Part shown: positions 1-8,597 of the stretch, piece after piece
Position numbering within the stretch: position 1 is the first letter of the stretch
Layout of the letters: each line of letters starts with the position of its first letter
Assembly: GCA_011389735.1 (NCBI GenBank)
Contig: JAABTS010000004.1
Coordinates: forward strand, 3,245 to 67,244
Direction of reading: 5' to 3'
DNA length: 64,000 bases
Source: Desulfobacteraceae bacterium
GTDB lineage: Bacteria > Desulfobacterota > Desulfobacteria > Desulfobacterales > JAABTS01
Notes under the pieces: generated by a model
Told to the model about the DNA's origin: nothing
What the model saw: only the letters and a program-made list of their open reading frames with translations
Database searches by the model: none
Position numbers and translations under genes: made by a program

Positions 1-132
1 AAGATACGGATCATATATCGATGATGCGAAATAAATAATCGCTTTGACGTCAAAGCCCTGAAATTTCGTTTGAAGTTCCCCGGCGGCGGAAACCGGGTCG
101 GTTTGTAATGTGTATCCAGCGGCGGCTTTCAT
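1..132 (-). CDS. 5' part of a probable FIST-domain signal-transduction protein (runs off window start)
   Basis: Manual translation from ATG at 132: MKAAAGYTLQTDPVSAAGELQTKFQGFDVKAIIYFASSIYDPYL. 'IYFASSxYD' is typical of FIST N-termini. RBS GAAAGGAAGG upstream. Confidence 0.55.
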   Translation of the reverse strand, partial: MKAAAGYTLQTDPVSAAGELQTKFQGFDVKAIIYFASSIYDPYL

Positions 133-147
133 AAACGCCTTCCTTTC

Positions 148-358
148 ATAAGGTTTTCATAAATTAATTTCACAAGGCGGCGGCCCATTGAGCATATTAT
201 AAGCGGTTCAAATATTGAATTTCAGTGCGTTATCGGTCCGAGACGTACGCCTTACATTATCTCCTCCCTCTATCCTTCTGGAATGTAATATCTGAAAAGC
301 CATGTTCGTATATCACGGAGCCGACAATACAGTGAAATTTGATTTCCGGAAGTATATA
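148..358 (-). mobile_element. Family A MITE (reverse) with a nested A' variant at about 198-303
   Basis: Ends GGTTTTCATAAATTAATTTCAC...GTGAAATTTGATTTCCGGAAGTATATA. The inner 105-bp copy closely matches 54101-54205. Confidence 0.75.
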
Positions 359-389
359 AAACCTTTTTTTCAAACTGTATTGCCCGGAA

Positions 390-590
390 CTAACTCATTA
401 CACCGGTGTTCCGGGCGATCTGTTCGACTTTTTGCAGTACCGCGGGATCGTCAACAGTTGTGTAATCGAATTTATCGGGATCGATTCCTTTAAGAATGAG
501 TTTTGTTCTGGTGATTGTGGCGAGAGTCGGGTCGCCACCGGATCGTTTTTCAATGATTTCATCGATAAGCTTTCTTGTGCGTCCTCTCAT
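390..590 (-). CDS. Small conserved hypothetical protein of the type found beside FIST/MCP genes
   Basis: 66 aa, motif IDEIIEKRSGGDP...TRTKLILKGIDPDKF...DDP. Co-oriented upstream of the FIST-like ORF. Confidence 0.65.
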   Translation of the reverse strand: MRGRTRKLIDEIIEKRSGGDPTLATITRTKLILKGIDPDKFDYTTVDDPAVLQKVEQIARNTGVMS

Positions 591-628
591 TTATCTGAAC
601 ACCCCGTTGTTTATCAGGTTACATGCGC

Positions 629-720
629 ATAACGCCTTCCGGAAATAAAATCCCTCAGCGTTGTCGGACCAGGATATGCCAACAGTCCCGCCGCCTTGTG
701 AAATTTAAATTTTGAAAACC
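629..720 (+). mobile_element. Family A MITE, internally deleted
   Basis: GCCTTCCGGAAATAAAAT...CCGCCTTGTGAAATTTAAATTTTGAAAACC. Confidence 0.65.
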
Positions 721-971
721 CGCACACATTTTCCATGCAAGCTATACGGATTTGCATTGCGGATTTAATACATACGCAAAGTAAAAATAAATTTTCGGAC
801 GGCCCAATACAATTTTCAGCGTTAAACTTAATTTAATTCAAAAGATAATTCACCTTCAATATAAAAGTCAAGAATAAAACAATACTCGTTCAGGTTTGGA
901 TTCATTTATGCAATGATTATATCTCTTCTCGCCTCCGAAACAAATTTTGCCTGATATATCAAGCAGTTTGC

Positions 972-1262
972 TATATGCTTCCGGAAACCAAATTTCACTG
1001 TGTCGCCGGCCCTGGATATACGAGTAGGGGCCTGGTTCTAAGTTCGGCCATAATTTTTCTGGTTGCTCCGGAGCGCCAAAGTCGGAGACTGCGCTTCGTA
1101 AGTCGCGGGTTACAAACCCGCTCAGAGCAAGAGACCCGCTCGGAGGGGGTTTGCAACCCCCGGCTTACTCCGGCGCTCTGGCCGATCTTAGAATCAAGCC
1201 CTACGAGTAGTATGATCCCGGGCCTGCCGCTTGGTGAAATTTAAATTCTGAAAACCTTTATA
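972..1262 (+). mobile_element. Family A MITE interrupted by a family B element
   Basis: A left half 972-1027 and right half 1202-1262 flank the B insertion. Confidence 0.8.
1028..1201 (+). mobile_element. Family B MITE (174 bp) with REP-like hairpin cargo
   Basis: TIRs GGGCCTGGTTCTAAGTTCGGCCA / TGGCCGATCTTAGAATCAAGCCC. Flanking direct repeat TACGAGTA(G) at 1019-1027 and 1202-1210. Near-identical to 6220-6393. Confidence 0.85.
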
Positions 1263-1402
1263 TTCGGTTACGGCCCGGCGTAAGGGGCGGACTCATTTAC
1301 ATGTTCGAAGGAAACGCATGTTGATTTTTTTCTGTTTTAATGTTTTATTCAGTCCTGTTGTTTTCTTGAGCTTGTAATCGTGCTACAGTTTTGCAGATAT
1401 TA

Positions 1403-1621
1403 TATAGATTTTCAAGCATCCTTCATAAACCCAGGAAAGTGGTTGACACTTTCCAAGTCGGGATCGGGATCGGGATCCCGATTTTGATGAAACTGTAAAC
1501 AAGAAATGAAGGATGCCCATTTTCAGGAATTAAATTTCACCAGGCGGGGCGCCCGAGATAACACTGTTCGTATGTCCCAGGCCGTCAACTCAGTGAAATT
1601 GAATTTCCGGAAGGCGATATA
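1403..1621 (-). mobile_element. Family A MITE whose terminal repeat is split by a family C element
   Basis: Removing 1415-1525 restores the A end TATAGATTTTCAGGAATTAAATTTCAC. Confidence 0.75.
1415..1517 (+). mobile_element. Family C MITE (short variant)
   Basis: TIR GCATCCTTCAT/ATGAAGGATGC. Flanks GATTTTCA / CATTTTCA (7 of 8 match). GGGATC hexamers inside. Confidence 0.75.
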
Positions 1622-1640
1622 ATCCACTTAGGAAAAGGAG

Positions 1641-2408
1641 ATGTACATGAAAGGAAGAAGAGCACCGCTGTTATACGTTATTCCCTTAATTCTGATTTCT
1701 CTGTGCGGTATTGCACACGCTGACGAAATAACACTGACGAGTTGCGACTGGGAACCCTACACGGGAGAAAATATGCCGGGCTATGGGTTCACCGCTGAAA
1801 TTATCGACAGAGCGATGAAACGGGTCGGCCATAAAGTGACCTTCGTATTTTATCCCTGGAAAAGAGCCGTGTACGAAACAAAAAAAGGCCGGGTTCACGG
1901 CGCGTTTTCCGCCTACCACAGCAAGGAGAGGGCCGAGACCTTCGCTTTGTCGGAACCTTACGCCTTCAGTCAGTTGATGCTGTGCGCCAAAAAGGGAAGG
2001 GAAGTCATCTATAATTCTATCGAGGATTTAAGGCCGTATCGAATCGGTGTGGTTGCAGGGTATGCGAATACAGCGGAAATTGACGGCGCGCATTATTTGA
2101 CAAAAGATGAAGCGCCGTCGGATCTGTTAAACATCAAAAAATTGCTGACGAACCGGGTTGACTTGATTGTAGTCGACCGCTATGTAGCCGTTTATCATGT
2201 TAAAAATTCCGCAGCCATTGAATACACTGTCAATGATATTGATTTTATTGAACCGCCGCTAAAAAAACAGCCCATCTATATCATGTTTTCCAGGGCCGTC
2301 CCCGGATATCAACGCTACGTAGCGGATTTCAACAAAGGGCTCGAGCTTGTGAAGGCGGACGGAAGTATCGGCAACATTATGGAAAAGTACGGATTTTTCA
2401 ATCAGTGA
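1641..2408 (+). CDS. Periplasmic substrate-binding protein (SBP family 3-like)
   Basis: Signal peptide, DWEPY...GF..EI, YPWKRA, GRV/NRVDL motifs. RBS AAGGAG. Confidence 0.85.
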   Translation: MYMKGRRAPLLYVIPLILISLCGIAHADEITLTSCDWEPYTGENMPGYGFTAEIIDRAMKRVGHKVTFVFYPWKRAVYETKKGRVHGAFSAYHSKERAETFALSEPYAFSQLMLCAKKGREVIYNSIEDLRPYRIGVVAGYANTAEIDGAHYLTKDEAPSDLLNIKKLLTNRVDLIVVDRYVAVYHVKNSAAIEYTVNDIDFIEPPLKKQPIYIMFSRAVPGYQRYVADFNKGLELVKADGSIGNIMEKYGFFNQ

Positions 2409-2556
2409 CGCCTGTAAACGCTCAAAACGTTTTAATCGCATACGTTATTGTTAACAGCGACCAGTTCGCTTTTCGCAAGGTTTTTAGAACATGGTAAAGG
2501 CTATAGCGGCCTGGCGGGCACGCCTGTCATTGCGAACATCAGGGGAGGGGCGGCAA

Positions 2557-3000
2557 ATGAAAGCGGCCGGGATAAACATTGCGGCGCTATCGGCGCTCTT
2601 GGTTTGTATCGGATGCGTCGGTCCGAATTTGTCGGCGGTGGAATGGATTCAGCGGGGCTCGGAATTCGAAAAGGAGGGCCGTTACGCCGCTGCGGCGAAA
2701 GCCTACACGAAGGCGTTGAACAAGGATCCCGGCGATGCGAACGTTTATATGTATCGCGGTTTGGTGTACACCATGCTCGGAAAATGGGAGCGGGGGATCG
2801 CGGATCTGACGACCGCTCTGAAAATCAAGCCGGACAGCGCCCTTTTTTATACCATACGGGGAATCATGCGATTCGACCACGGGGATTTTGAAAAGGCGGT
2901 TGAAGATGCGGAACAGGCGACCCGGCTAGATCCGGAAAGCTATAAAACGTTCCGCCGGGATATGGAAACCGAAATCCGTAAACTGAAGCATAAAAAATAA
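2557..3000 (+). CDS. TPR-repeat protein, probable lipoprotein
   Basis: Hydrophobic N-terminus with CIGC lipobox-like site. TPR motifs (AYTKAL..DP..ANVYMYRG). Confidence 0.75.
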   Translation: MKAAGINIAALSALLVCIGCVGPNLSAVEWIQRGSEFEKEGRYAAAAKAYTKALNKDPGDANVYMYRGLVYTMLGKWERGIADLTTALKIKPDSALFYTIRGIMRFDHGDFEKAVEDAEQATRLDPESYKTFRRDMETEIRKLKHKK

Positions 3001-3182
3001 GGGCTTGGTTCTATCTTCGGCCATTTCTTCTTGCATGAAAACTCTCACAGGGGCACAGAGGCACAGAGGCGCAAAGGTTAAAAAATTATTCATTGCGCCC
3101 CGGTGACTTTGTGAGATTTCTTTATTAAACAGCAAGCGGGCGTAGATTGGATATTCTAATGGCCGATCTTAGAACCAACCCC
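3001..3182 (+). mobile_element. Family B MITE with GGCACAGA octamer cargo
   Basis: TIRs GGGCTTGGTTCTATCTTCGGCCAT / ATGGCCGATCTTAGAACCAACCCC. Exact 8-bp duplication AAAAATAA at 2993-3000 and 3183-3190. Confidence 0.85.
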
Positions 3183-3244
3183 AAAAATAAAGCCGGCCCG
3201 ACCTGCAGGTTTTAAGAAATTTATTTTTTTCTGTAGAACCCGGA

Positions 3245-4270
3245 TCATTCAAAATATGGCTTCAACACGCCGGCGATATCTTCAGGATAAGCCATACAAA
3301 GCGTTTCATTGTACAAGTTTCTCAAAGCGCCGATATCCGGAGTTCCCAGGGCCGGATTGAAAAAGGTGCGAGGCGAAAAGAGAATATGAAAACGGGTGAA
3401 CTCATCTGTCTCGGCGCCGGTGAAAAAGTTCAGATTGAAGCTGTAGATTCCCATGTCGTCGTAAGCGGCCATCGCCCTGGTCAGGCCCAGGCCGATATCG
3501 AATAGATCCTGATTCGTCAGATCCAGGGTCGACGCCGCGCCTTCGACCACCCCCAGCACATCGCCCGCCACGCCGAACGGGGCATAGGCCGAAAGCCATG
3601 TGGTTCGTCCGGTTTTCCCGAGAAATCTCTCACCTGAATTTGTTTCCGATTGAATCAGATCTTCCCAGTAATTCGACCCGTTTTGATCTTGATACCGTTT
3701 TGCGGCGATGAGTTCTTCAACCATGATATTCGGAGCCGACGCAGATGAAAACACCTGCAAATGGGGATGGATCAGCGAGCTTCCGGACACCGGCATATAG
3801 TTCCAGTTAACGAGATAATACACCGCTTCGTGATGCTTCAAATCCCTCACCCGCCGAAAAAAGGACATCGCCAGGCTGAATCCCCGGCCGATTAAATCCG
3901 CCGTTATTTCAGTCATGGGGATGTAATGTCTCGCTCCCAGAGTCGCAACCGCACTAAGGCAGTCATACGGGGCGAGGTTAGGAAACAAAACCATGTCATC
4001 CAGTGTCAAACGGCCTTCAGGGATGATTTCCGGAGGAAAATGAGGCGTTACCTCAAAAATACGTTCCGCGCAAAATGGACAATTGGTTTCAGTTCCGGCC
4101 GTCATTTTTTCAAAATCGGGCTTGGGCCATGAAAGCTTCATGAAATGGCATATTCGAGCGGTTCTGCCGGTGAGCGGATCTTTCCGGATTTCACTCGGAA
4201 TTGACCGCCGCTCCATGTTTTTTAGCGGATTTAAAAGAACGGTTTCTTTTTTTAAAGCTTCGAATTCCAT
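3245..4270 (-). CDS. Galactose-1-phosphate uridylyltransferase-like (GalT/HIT superfamily) protein
   Basis: EIRKDPLTG, CPFC, FPNLAPY and SGSSLIHPHLQ motifs. Start moved to MEFEAL after RBS GGGAGG. Confidence 0.8.
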   Translation of the reverse strand: MEFEALKKETVLLNPLKNMERRSIPSEIRKDPLTGRTARICHFMKLSWPKPDFEKMTAGTETNCPFCAERIFEVTPHFPPEIIPEGRLTLDDMVLFPNLAPYDCLSAVATLGARHYIPMTEITADLIGRGFSLAMSFFRRVRDLKHHEAVYYLVNWNYMPVSGSSLIHPHLQVFSSASAPNIMVEELIAAKRYQDQNGSNYWEDLIQSETNSGERFLGKTGRTTWLSAYAPFGVAGDVLGVVEGAASTLDLTNQDLFDIGLGLTRAMAAYDDMGIYSFNLNFFTGAETDEFTRFHILFSPRTFFNPALGTPDIGALRNLYNETLCMAYPEDIAGVLKPYFE

Positions 4271-4309
4271 GACCCCTCCCCTTAAAATGTCCGACATCGG
4301 TTATAGCTA

Positions 4310-4410
4310 TAGCCTTCCGGAAATTGAATTTCCCTGCGTAATCGGCCCGGGATATCCGAATCGTATGATCCCGATTCGCCGCCTGGTGAAATTTAATCTC
4401 TGAAAACCTA
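4310..4410 (+). mobile_element. Family A MITE, complete short form (101 bp)
   Basis: TA|TAGCCTTCCGGAAATTGAATTTC...GTGAAATTTAATCTCTGAAAACCTA|TA. Confidence 0.85.
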
Positions 4411-4435
4411 TAGGAAAAATAATCTTCCGGGTCAA
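4407..4435 (-). promoter_or_regulatory. Putative sigma70 promoter for the galT-like gene; -10 formed by the MITE end
   Basis: Minus strand TTGACC-N17-TATAGG. Confidence 0.4.
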
Positions 4436-4494
4436 GACGGGATTGCAAATATTTCCAAAATTATGGATTAATATTCCAATTTTTTAACTTCGCC

Positions 4495-4523
4495 TTGAAA
4501 TTTGAGCGATCGTTCAATATGAT
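4495..4523 (+). promoter_or_regulatory. Sigma70 promoter of the acyl-CoA dehydrogenase gene with a palindromic operator in the spacer
   Basis: TTGAAA-N17-TATGAT. The spacer holds TTGAGCGATCGTTCAA (4502-4517), a TetR-like palindrome. Confidence 0.6.
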
Positions 4524-4556
4524 ATACTGGGTTTCGGATATCATGGGGGTTGGTTA

Positions 4557-4663
4557 TAGAGCCTTCCGGAAATCAAATTTCGCTGGGTTGTCGGCCTGGG
4601 ATATACGAAATTGTATTATCCAGGGCCGGCCGTATTGTGAAATTTCATTTCTGAAAGGCTATA
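4557..4663 (+). mobile_element. Family A MITE, short form
   Basis: GCCTTCCGGAAATCAAATTTC...GTGAAATTTCATTTCTGAAAGGCTATA. Confidence 0.8.
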
Positions 4664-4788
4664 GCGTTTGAACGAAAAGTCTTAAAATACGGCTCTGAGC
4701 GGGTGTTTGTAACCCGAGTGCCCCCTCTCGCGGCAAACGGGGATTGCAAATCCCCAGGGAGCGTGAGGAGGTTTTCGTTCAGCCGCAA
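4662..4788 (+). mobile_element. Family D element (TIR-bounded, REP-like hairpins inside)
   Basis: Ends GCGTTTGAACGAAAA / TTTTCGTTCAGCCGC. Core GCTCTGAGCGGG..TTTGTAACCCG...GGGGATTGCAAATCCCC is repeated at 8471, 26761 and partly at 11757 and 18784. Confidence 0.7.
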
Positions 4789-4823
4789 TATATCAATTAT
4801 CAATTCAATATTAAGGAGGTCGT

Positions 4824-6092
4824 ATGTACGATTTTTTGCTGACGCCGGAAGAAAGGGAATTGAAGAAAGAAGTGCGGAAATACGTTCGTGAGGAGATCAC
4901 TGGCGATTTTCTGAGAAAGATGGATAAAAACGAAATCATCTATCCGAATGAATTTGTTCAACGGCTTGCCGAATTGGGGTTGCGTGGAATACGGTTTCCC
5001 AAAAAATACGGCGGCCGGGAAATGAGCTGGGTCGCCGATGTGGCCGCCACCGAAGAAATCGGGTGTTTGGGGATGGCCTTGGGATGCGCGTTCGTGATGC
5101 CGTCCATTGTCGGAGAAGCATTGAACATGTTCGGAACCGAAGAACAAAAAGAAAAATATCTTGCGCCATACATCAAGGGCGAATTGATCGCCGCCGAAGC
5201 GCTGACCGAACCCCGCGGCGGTTCTGATTTTTTCGGGGCCATGACCAGAGCGGAACTCAAAGGCGACCACTTTGTGCTGAACGGTATGAAACGGTTTGTG
5301 GTGGGAGCTGAAGGGGCTGATTTTTTTCTGGTGTATTGCAGAACCAATTTGGATCCCGATGCGCACAAATACCAGCGGCTGAGTCTGCTGGTGGTGGAAC
5401 GGGGTCCCGGCGTGGAAACGGAATATCTGTATGGTCTCATGGGCTGCCGGGGGGGCGGCACTGGACGGCTGGTGTTTCGGAATGTGAAAGTTCCCAGGGA
5501 AAATCTGATCGGCGAACTACACGGAGGCGCTCTGTGTTTTCATCAGATGATGATCCCCGAGCGGCTTACATCGGCGGCCGGATGCCTCGGCGTATGGGGG
5601 GCTCTCGATCTGGCGGTTCGGTATTCCAACCAGAGACGAACATTCGGCAAGGAGATTCGCAATTACCAGGGAGTGAGTTTCAATGTGGCCGATTCCATCA
5701 CCCAGCTTGACGCAGCCCGGTCGATCACCTACATGGCGGCCCGGGCCGTGGATGAAAACTATTCCAATGTCCGAAGAATCGTCAGCGAGGCCAAACGGTT
5801 CGCCACGGAATCCGCATGGGAGGTAGTGAATAACGCCATGCAGATTATGGGAGGCATCGGCTATACGGATGTGTATCCTATAGAACGTTCTCTCCGGGAC
5901 ACCCGGCTGGGCATGATCTGGACGGGCACCAGCGAAATCATGAATCTCATGATTCAACACGAGTATTATAACGAAGTTCTCAGTCCGGCTTACGACCGCC
6001 GGAAAATGGAGGAGGACGCCATGAATCCGGATGAAAGCGAACGGTGCTACTCCGATGAAGACATGGAGAGGGTTTTTGGAGGCGAGCTGTAG
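4824..6092 (+). CDS. Acyl-CoA dehydrogenase
   Basis: ALTEPRGGSD, LNGMKRFV, R..FGKEI, AMQIMGGIGY, IWTGTSEI. RBS AAGGAGGT. Confidence 0.93.
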   Translation: MYDFLLTPEERELKKEVRKYVREEITGDFLRKMDKNEIIYPNEFVQRLAELGLRGIRFPKKYGGREMSWVADVAATEEIGCLGMALGCAFVMPSIVGEALNMFGTEEQKEKYLAPYIKGELIAAEALTEPRGGSDFFGAMTRAELKGDHFVLNGMKRFVVGAEGADFFLVYCRTNLDPDAHKYQRLSLLVVERGPGVETEYLYGLMGCRGGGTGRLVFRNVKVPRENLIGELHGGALCFHQMMIPERLTSAAGCLGVWGALDLAVRYSNQRRTFGKEIRNYQGVSFNVADSITQLDAARSITYMAARAVDENYSNVRRIVSEAKRFATESAWEVVNNAMQIMGGIGYTDVYPIERSLRDTRLGMIWTGTSEIMNLMIQHEYYNEVLSPAYDRRKMEEDAMNPDESERCYSDEDMERVFGGEL

Positions 6093-6097
6093 GAAGA

Positions 6098-6576
6098 CCG
6101 CTTTTCATAAATTAATTTCACAAAGCGGCCGGCCCGGGATCATTCTATAGCTTTTCAGATAATTAATTTCACTGCGTTGTCGGCGCGGGGATATACGAAT
6201 TTTATTATGTTGAATGTTGGGGCTTGGTTCTAATTTCGGCCATAATTTCTCGGGTTGCTCCGGAGCGCCAAAGCCGGAGACTGCGCTTCGTAAGTCGCGG
6301 GTTACAAACCCGCTCAGAGCAAGAGACCCGCTCAGAGGGGGTTTGCAACCCCCGGCTTACCCTGGCGCTCTGGCCGATCTTAGAATCAAGCCCGAATGTT
6401 GAATGTGAATTTCCCCCATTTAGCATTTAACATTTAGCATTCAACATAAATAATTTAGCATTGAACACAAAATTCAACAATTTCGGGCCTGCCGCCTTAT
6501 GAAATTTAATTCCTGAAAAACTATATTCTTGTATCCCGGGCCGGCGACACGCTGAAATTAAATTATCTGAAAGGCC
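6098..6576. mobile_element. Triple-nested MITE: A(-) contains long A(+) 6148-6523, which contains B 6220-6393
   Basis: Inner A is flanked by TA (6146-47, 6524-25). B is flanked by GAATGTTG (6212-19, 6394-6401). The outer halves rejoin into a short A. Confidence 0.85.
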
Positions 6577-6592
6577 GGAGGTTTCTCGAAAT

Positions 6593-6883
6593 TCAAATTT
6601 GAGATAGCCGGTCCGCAATTCTGATAGCGAAAACCTTTACCGGTTCGGGTCCGAAATGAGGATGCGTTATGGTTTTGACGGTATAACCGGCCCAGGGTTT
6701 GATCAAGGTTTTAGACATGTCTCCTGTGGACGGATATCCGCATAAGAGGTGGATTTCATCGTACTCCCGGCTCAACCGTTTTTCCCAATACGGCTTTACC
6801 AAACGGTATTCTTCGGTTTTTTCACCGTTCCGGATTTGATCGAAATATTCTTTTTTCAAGTTGAGCCGGAGTATCCTTTTCAT
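6593..6883 (-). CDS. ASCH/PUA-domain protein
   Basis: L.LKKEYFDQIRNGEKTEEYR carries the ASCH GxKxxExR motif. Confidence 0.85.
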   Translation of the reverse strand: MKRILRLNLKKEYFDQIRNGEKTEEYRLVKPYWEKRLSREYDEIHLLCGYPSTGDMSKTLIKPWAGYTVKTITHPHFGPEPVKVFAIRIADRLSQI

Positions 6884-6942
6884 ATGATTTTCTGATTTTC
6901 GCGTTATCATTTTTCAGCAATTCGGATTTCTTGATCTCTAAC

Positions 6943-7132
6943 TACAGGTTTTCAGATATTACATTTCAGAAGGCTCGAGGGAGGAGATAATAGGCATCTT
7001 TCATAAATGCTGATAAATAGTTTACACTTCCCAAATAGGTATGGGTATCGAATTATTACGATCCCGATCCCGATCCCGATCCCGATTTTGATGAAACTGT
7101 AAACAAGAAATGAAGGATGCCGGAAGACTATA
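6943..7132. mobile_element. A' remnant with family C element (6993-7121, 129 bp)
   Basis: C TIRs GGCATCTTTCAT / ATGAAGGATGCC, near-identical to 45682-45810. Left flank is half an A'; right flank is only the A tip GGAAGACTATA. Confidence 0.8.
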
Positions 7133-7175
7133 TAAATACGGATTTTATAGTCCAGGGGCAAAGAGGTTATATAAA

Positions 7176-7727
7176 ATGGAAGGCCACCACCTGATATTGG
7201 GGGAACTCACCGATTTTCTAACCGGAAAAACCCTGATCGACACTCATGACGAACGTTTGCGGCAGGAGATATCCCGTTTGCTGGTTGAAGCCAAAGGATA
7301 CGGCAAACATGAGATTCAAAGCGCCTGCGAACTCGTTGTTCGTGCGGGAGGCAAACGGGCCGTCACGCCTGTTGCATTTATTATCGAAATCGAGGAAAAG
7401 GTCCGAATGATCATCAAGTACGGGCCGGGATCGCTTGTTACGCGCAGGCGGCCTTCACTGGCGGCGTCCCGGCTGTTCAAGCGATATCAAATTCCGGTCG
7501 TGGTTGTGACCAACGGGGTGGACGCCGAGATTTTGGACGGTGAAAACGGAGCCTTGCTGTTCGAAGGATTGGACAATATTCCGGCCAGGGAAAAGCTGAT
7601 AGAAATGACGGCCGCCGCATCATATGAAACCATCGATGAAAAAAGGGCTGAAAAAGAATCCGGAATTGTATTCGCTTATGAAATCGACGGCGCCTGTCCC
7701 TGCGATGACACTGTTTGCAGGTTATAA
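7176..7727 (+). CDS. Stand-alone type I restriction enzyme HsdR N-terminal-like domain protein
   Basis: DFLTG...DTHDER.RQ...L...KGY and VVVTNG..AE motifs; C-terminal CPCDDTVC. Confidence 0.6.
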   Translation: MEGHHLILGELTDFLTGKTLIDTHDERLRQEISRLLVEAKGYGKHEIQSACELVVRAGGKRAVTPVAFIIEIEEKVRMIIKYGPGSLVTRRRPSLAASRLFKRYQIPVVVVTNGVDAEILDGENGALLFEGLDNIPAREKLIEMTAAASYETIDEKRAEKESGIVFAYEIDGACPCDDTVCRL

Positions 7728-7790
7728 ACGGCCATTCACAAAGCCCCTGGGATAGAGCGCCTGATTAAAATGAAACGGTATTGAGACGAA

Positions 7791-8303
7791 ATGAGCATGA
7801 CCGATCACGATCATCATATGTCCCAGGCACTTGAACTTGCTGAAAAAGCGCTGGCGGTCGGCGAATTTCCGGTCGGATGCGTGATTGTCCAAAAAAACGA
7901 AATCATCGCGACAGGGGTTCGAACCGGAACCGCCGGCAAACAAGTCAACGAGATCGACCACGCGGAAATCCTGGCGCTGAAAAATCTTTCCCAAACACAA
8001 CAAAGCCTTGGGAAACATAAAATCACCTTGTATTCCACAATGGAACCGTGCTTGATGTGTTACGGCGCCATTCTTCTTAGCAGTGTCGATGTAATTGTAT
8101 ATGCTTACGAAGATGCTATGGGCGGTGGAACTTCCTGTCCGCTGACCCTTTTACCGCCGCTTTACCGGAATCGTTCCATTGAAATTATTCCCGGAGTGAT
8201 GAGAGACCGGAGCCTTCGACTCATGAAACAATTCTTCGGCGACCCGGAAAACGAGTATTGGAAAAGCAGCTTTCTCGCCGAATACACGTTAAGCCGGGAG
8301 TGA
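7791..8303 (+). CDS. Nucleoside/tRNA adenosine deaminase (TadA-like)
   Basis: GEFPVGCVIV, HAE and TMEPCLMC zinc motifs. Confidence 0.85.
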   Translation: MSMTDHDHHMSQALELAEKALAVGEFPVGCVIVQKNEIIATGVRTGTAGKQVNEIDHAEILALKNLSQTQQSLGKHKITLYSTMEPCLMCYGAILLSSVDVIVYAYEDAMGGGTSCPLTLLPPLYRNRSIEIIPGVMRDRSLRLMKQFFGDPENEYWKSSFLAEYTLSRE

Positions 8304-8470
8304 AACGTAATCGATTCCAAAACCAAAAAAACTCTATTCACAAAATAAATCGCTAAAAGGGTTGCATCGTATAAGTCGATCAGGTTAAACAATGCCGACG
8401 CTTGTTTTTTCATGCGGCGTCCTGTTTTGGCTGTAAATATCATAAACTATTGAATTTCAAATCAACCAAT

Positions 8471-8545
8471 GCTCTGAGCGGTTTTGTAAACCACGTGTCT
8501 CTCTCGCGGACAACGGGGGTTGCAAATCCTCTGGGGAGCGAGAGA
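8471..8545 (+). repeat. Family D core (no TIRs)
   Basis: GCTCTGAGCGGTTTTGTAAACC...CTCTCGCGG..AACGGGGGTTGCAAATCC. Confidence 0.65.
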
Positions 8546-8597
8546 AATTTTAAAACAATTTGCCATGCTTGGCATTGATTGAACAAAAGAGGGGAAC

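Noticed and set aside
975-1244. Short ORFs over repeats (also 6205-6430, 21603-21935, 26538-26750, 34212-34460, 39019-39340, 45711-45923)
   Set aside because: They are translations of MITE or microsatellite DNA (IGIGIG, DPDPD, IQHPTSN) without RBS or domain signal.
7176-7727. Type I restriction-modification system
   Set aside because: Only a small HsdR-N-like domain; no hsdM/hsdS or motor domain, and the MTase 28 kb away is of a different class.
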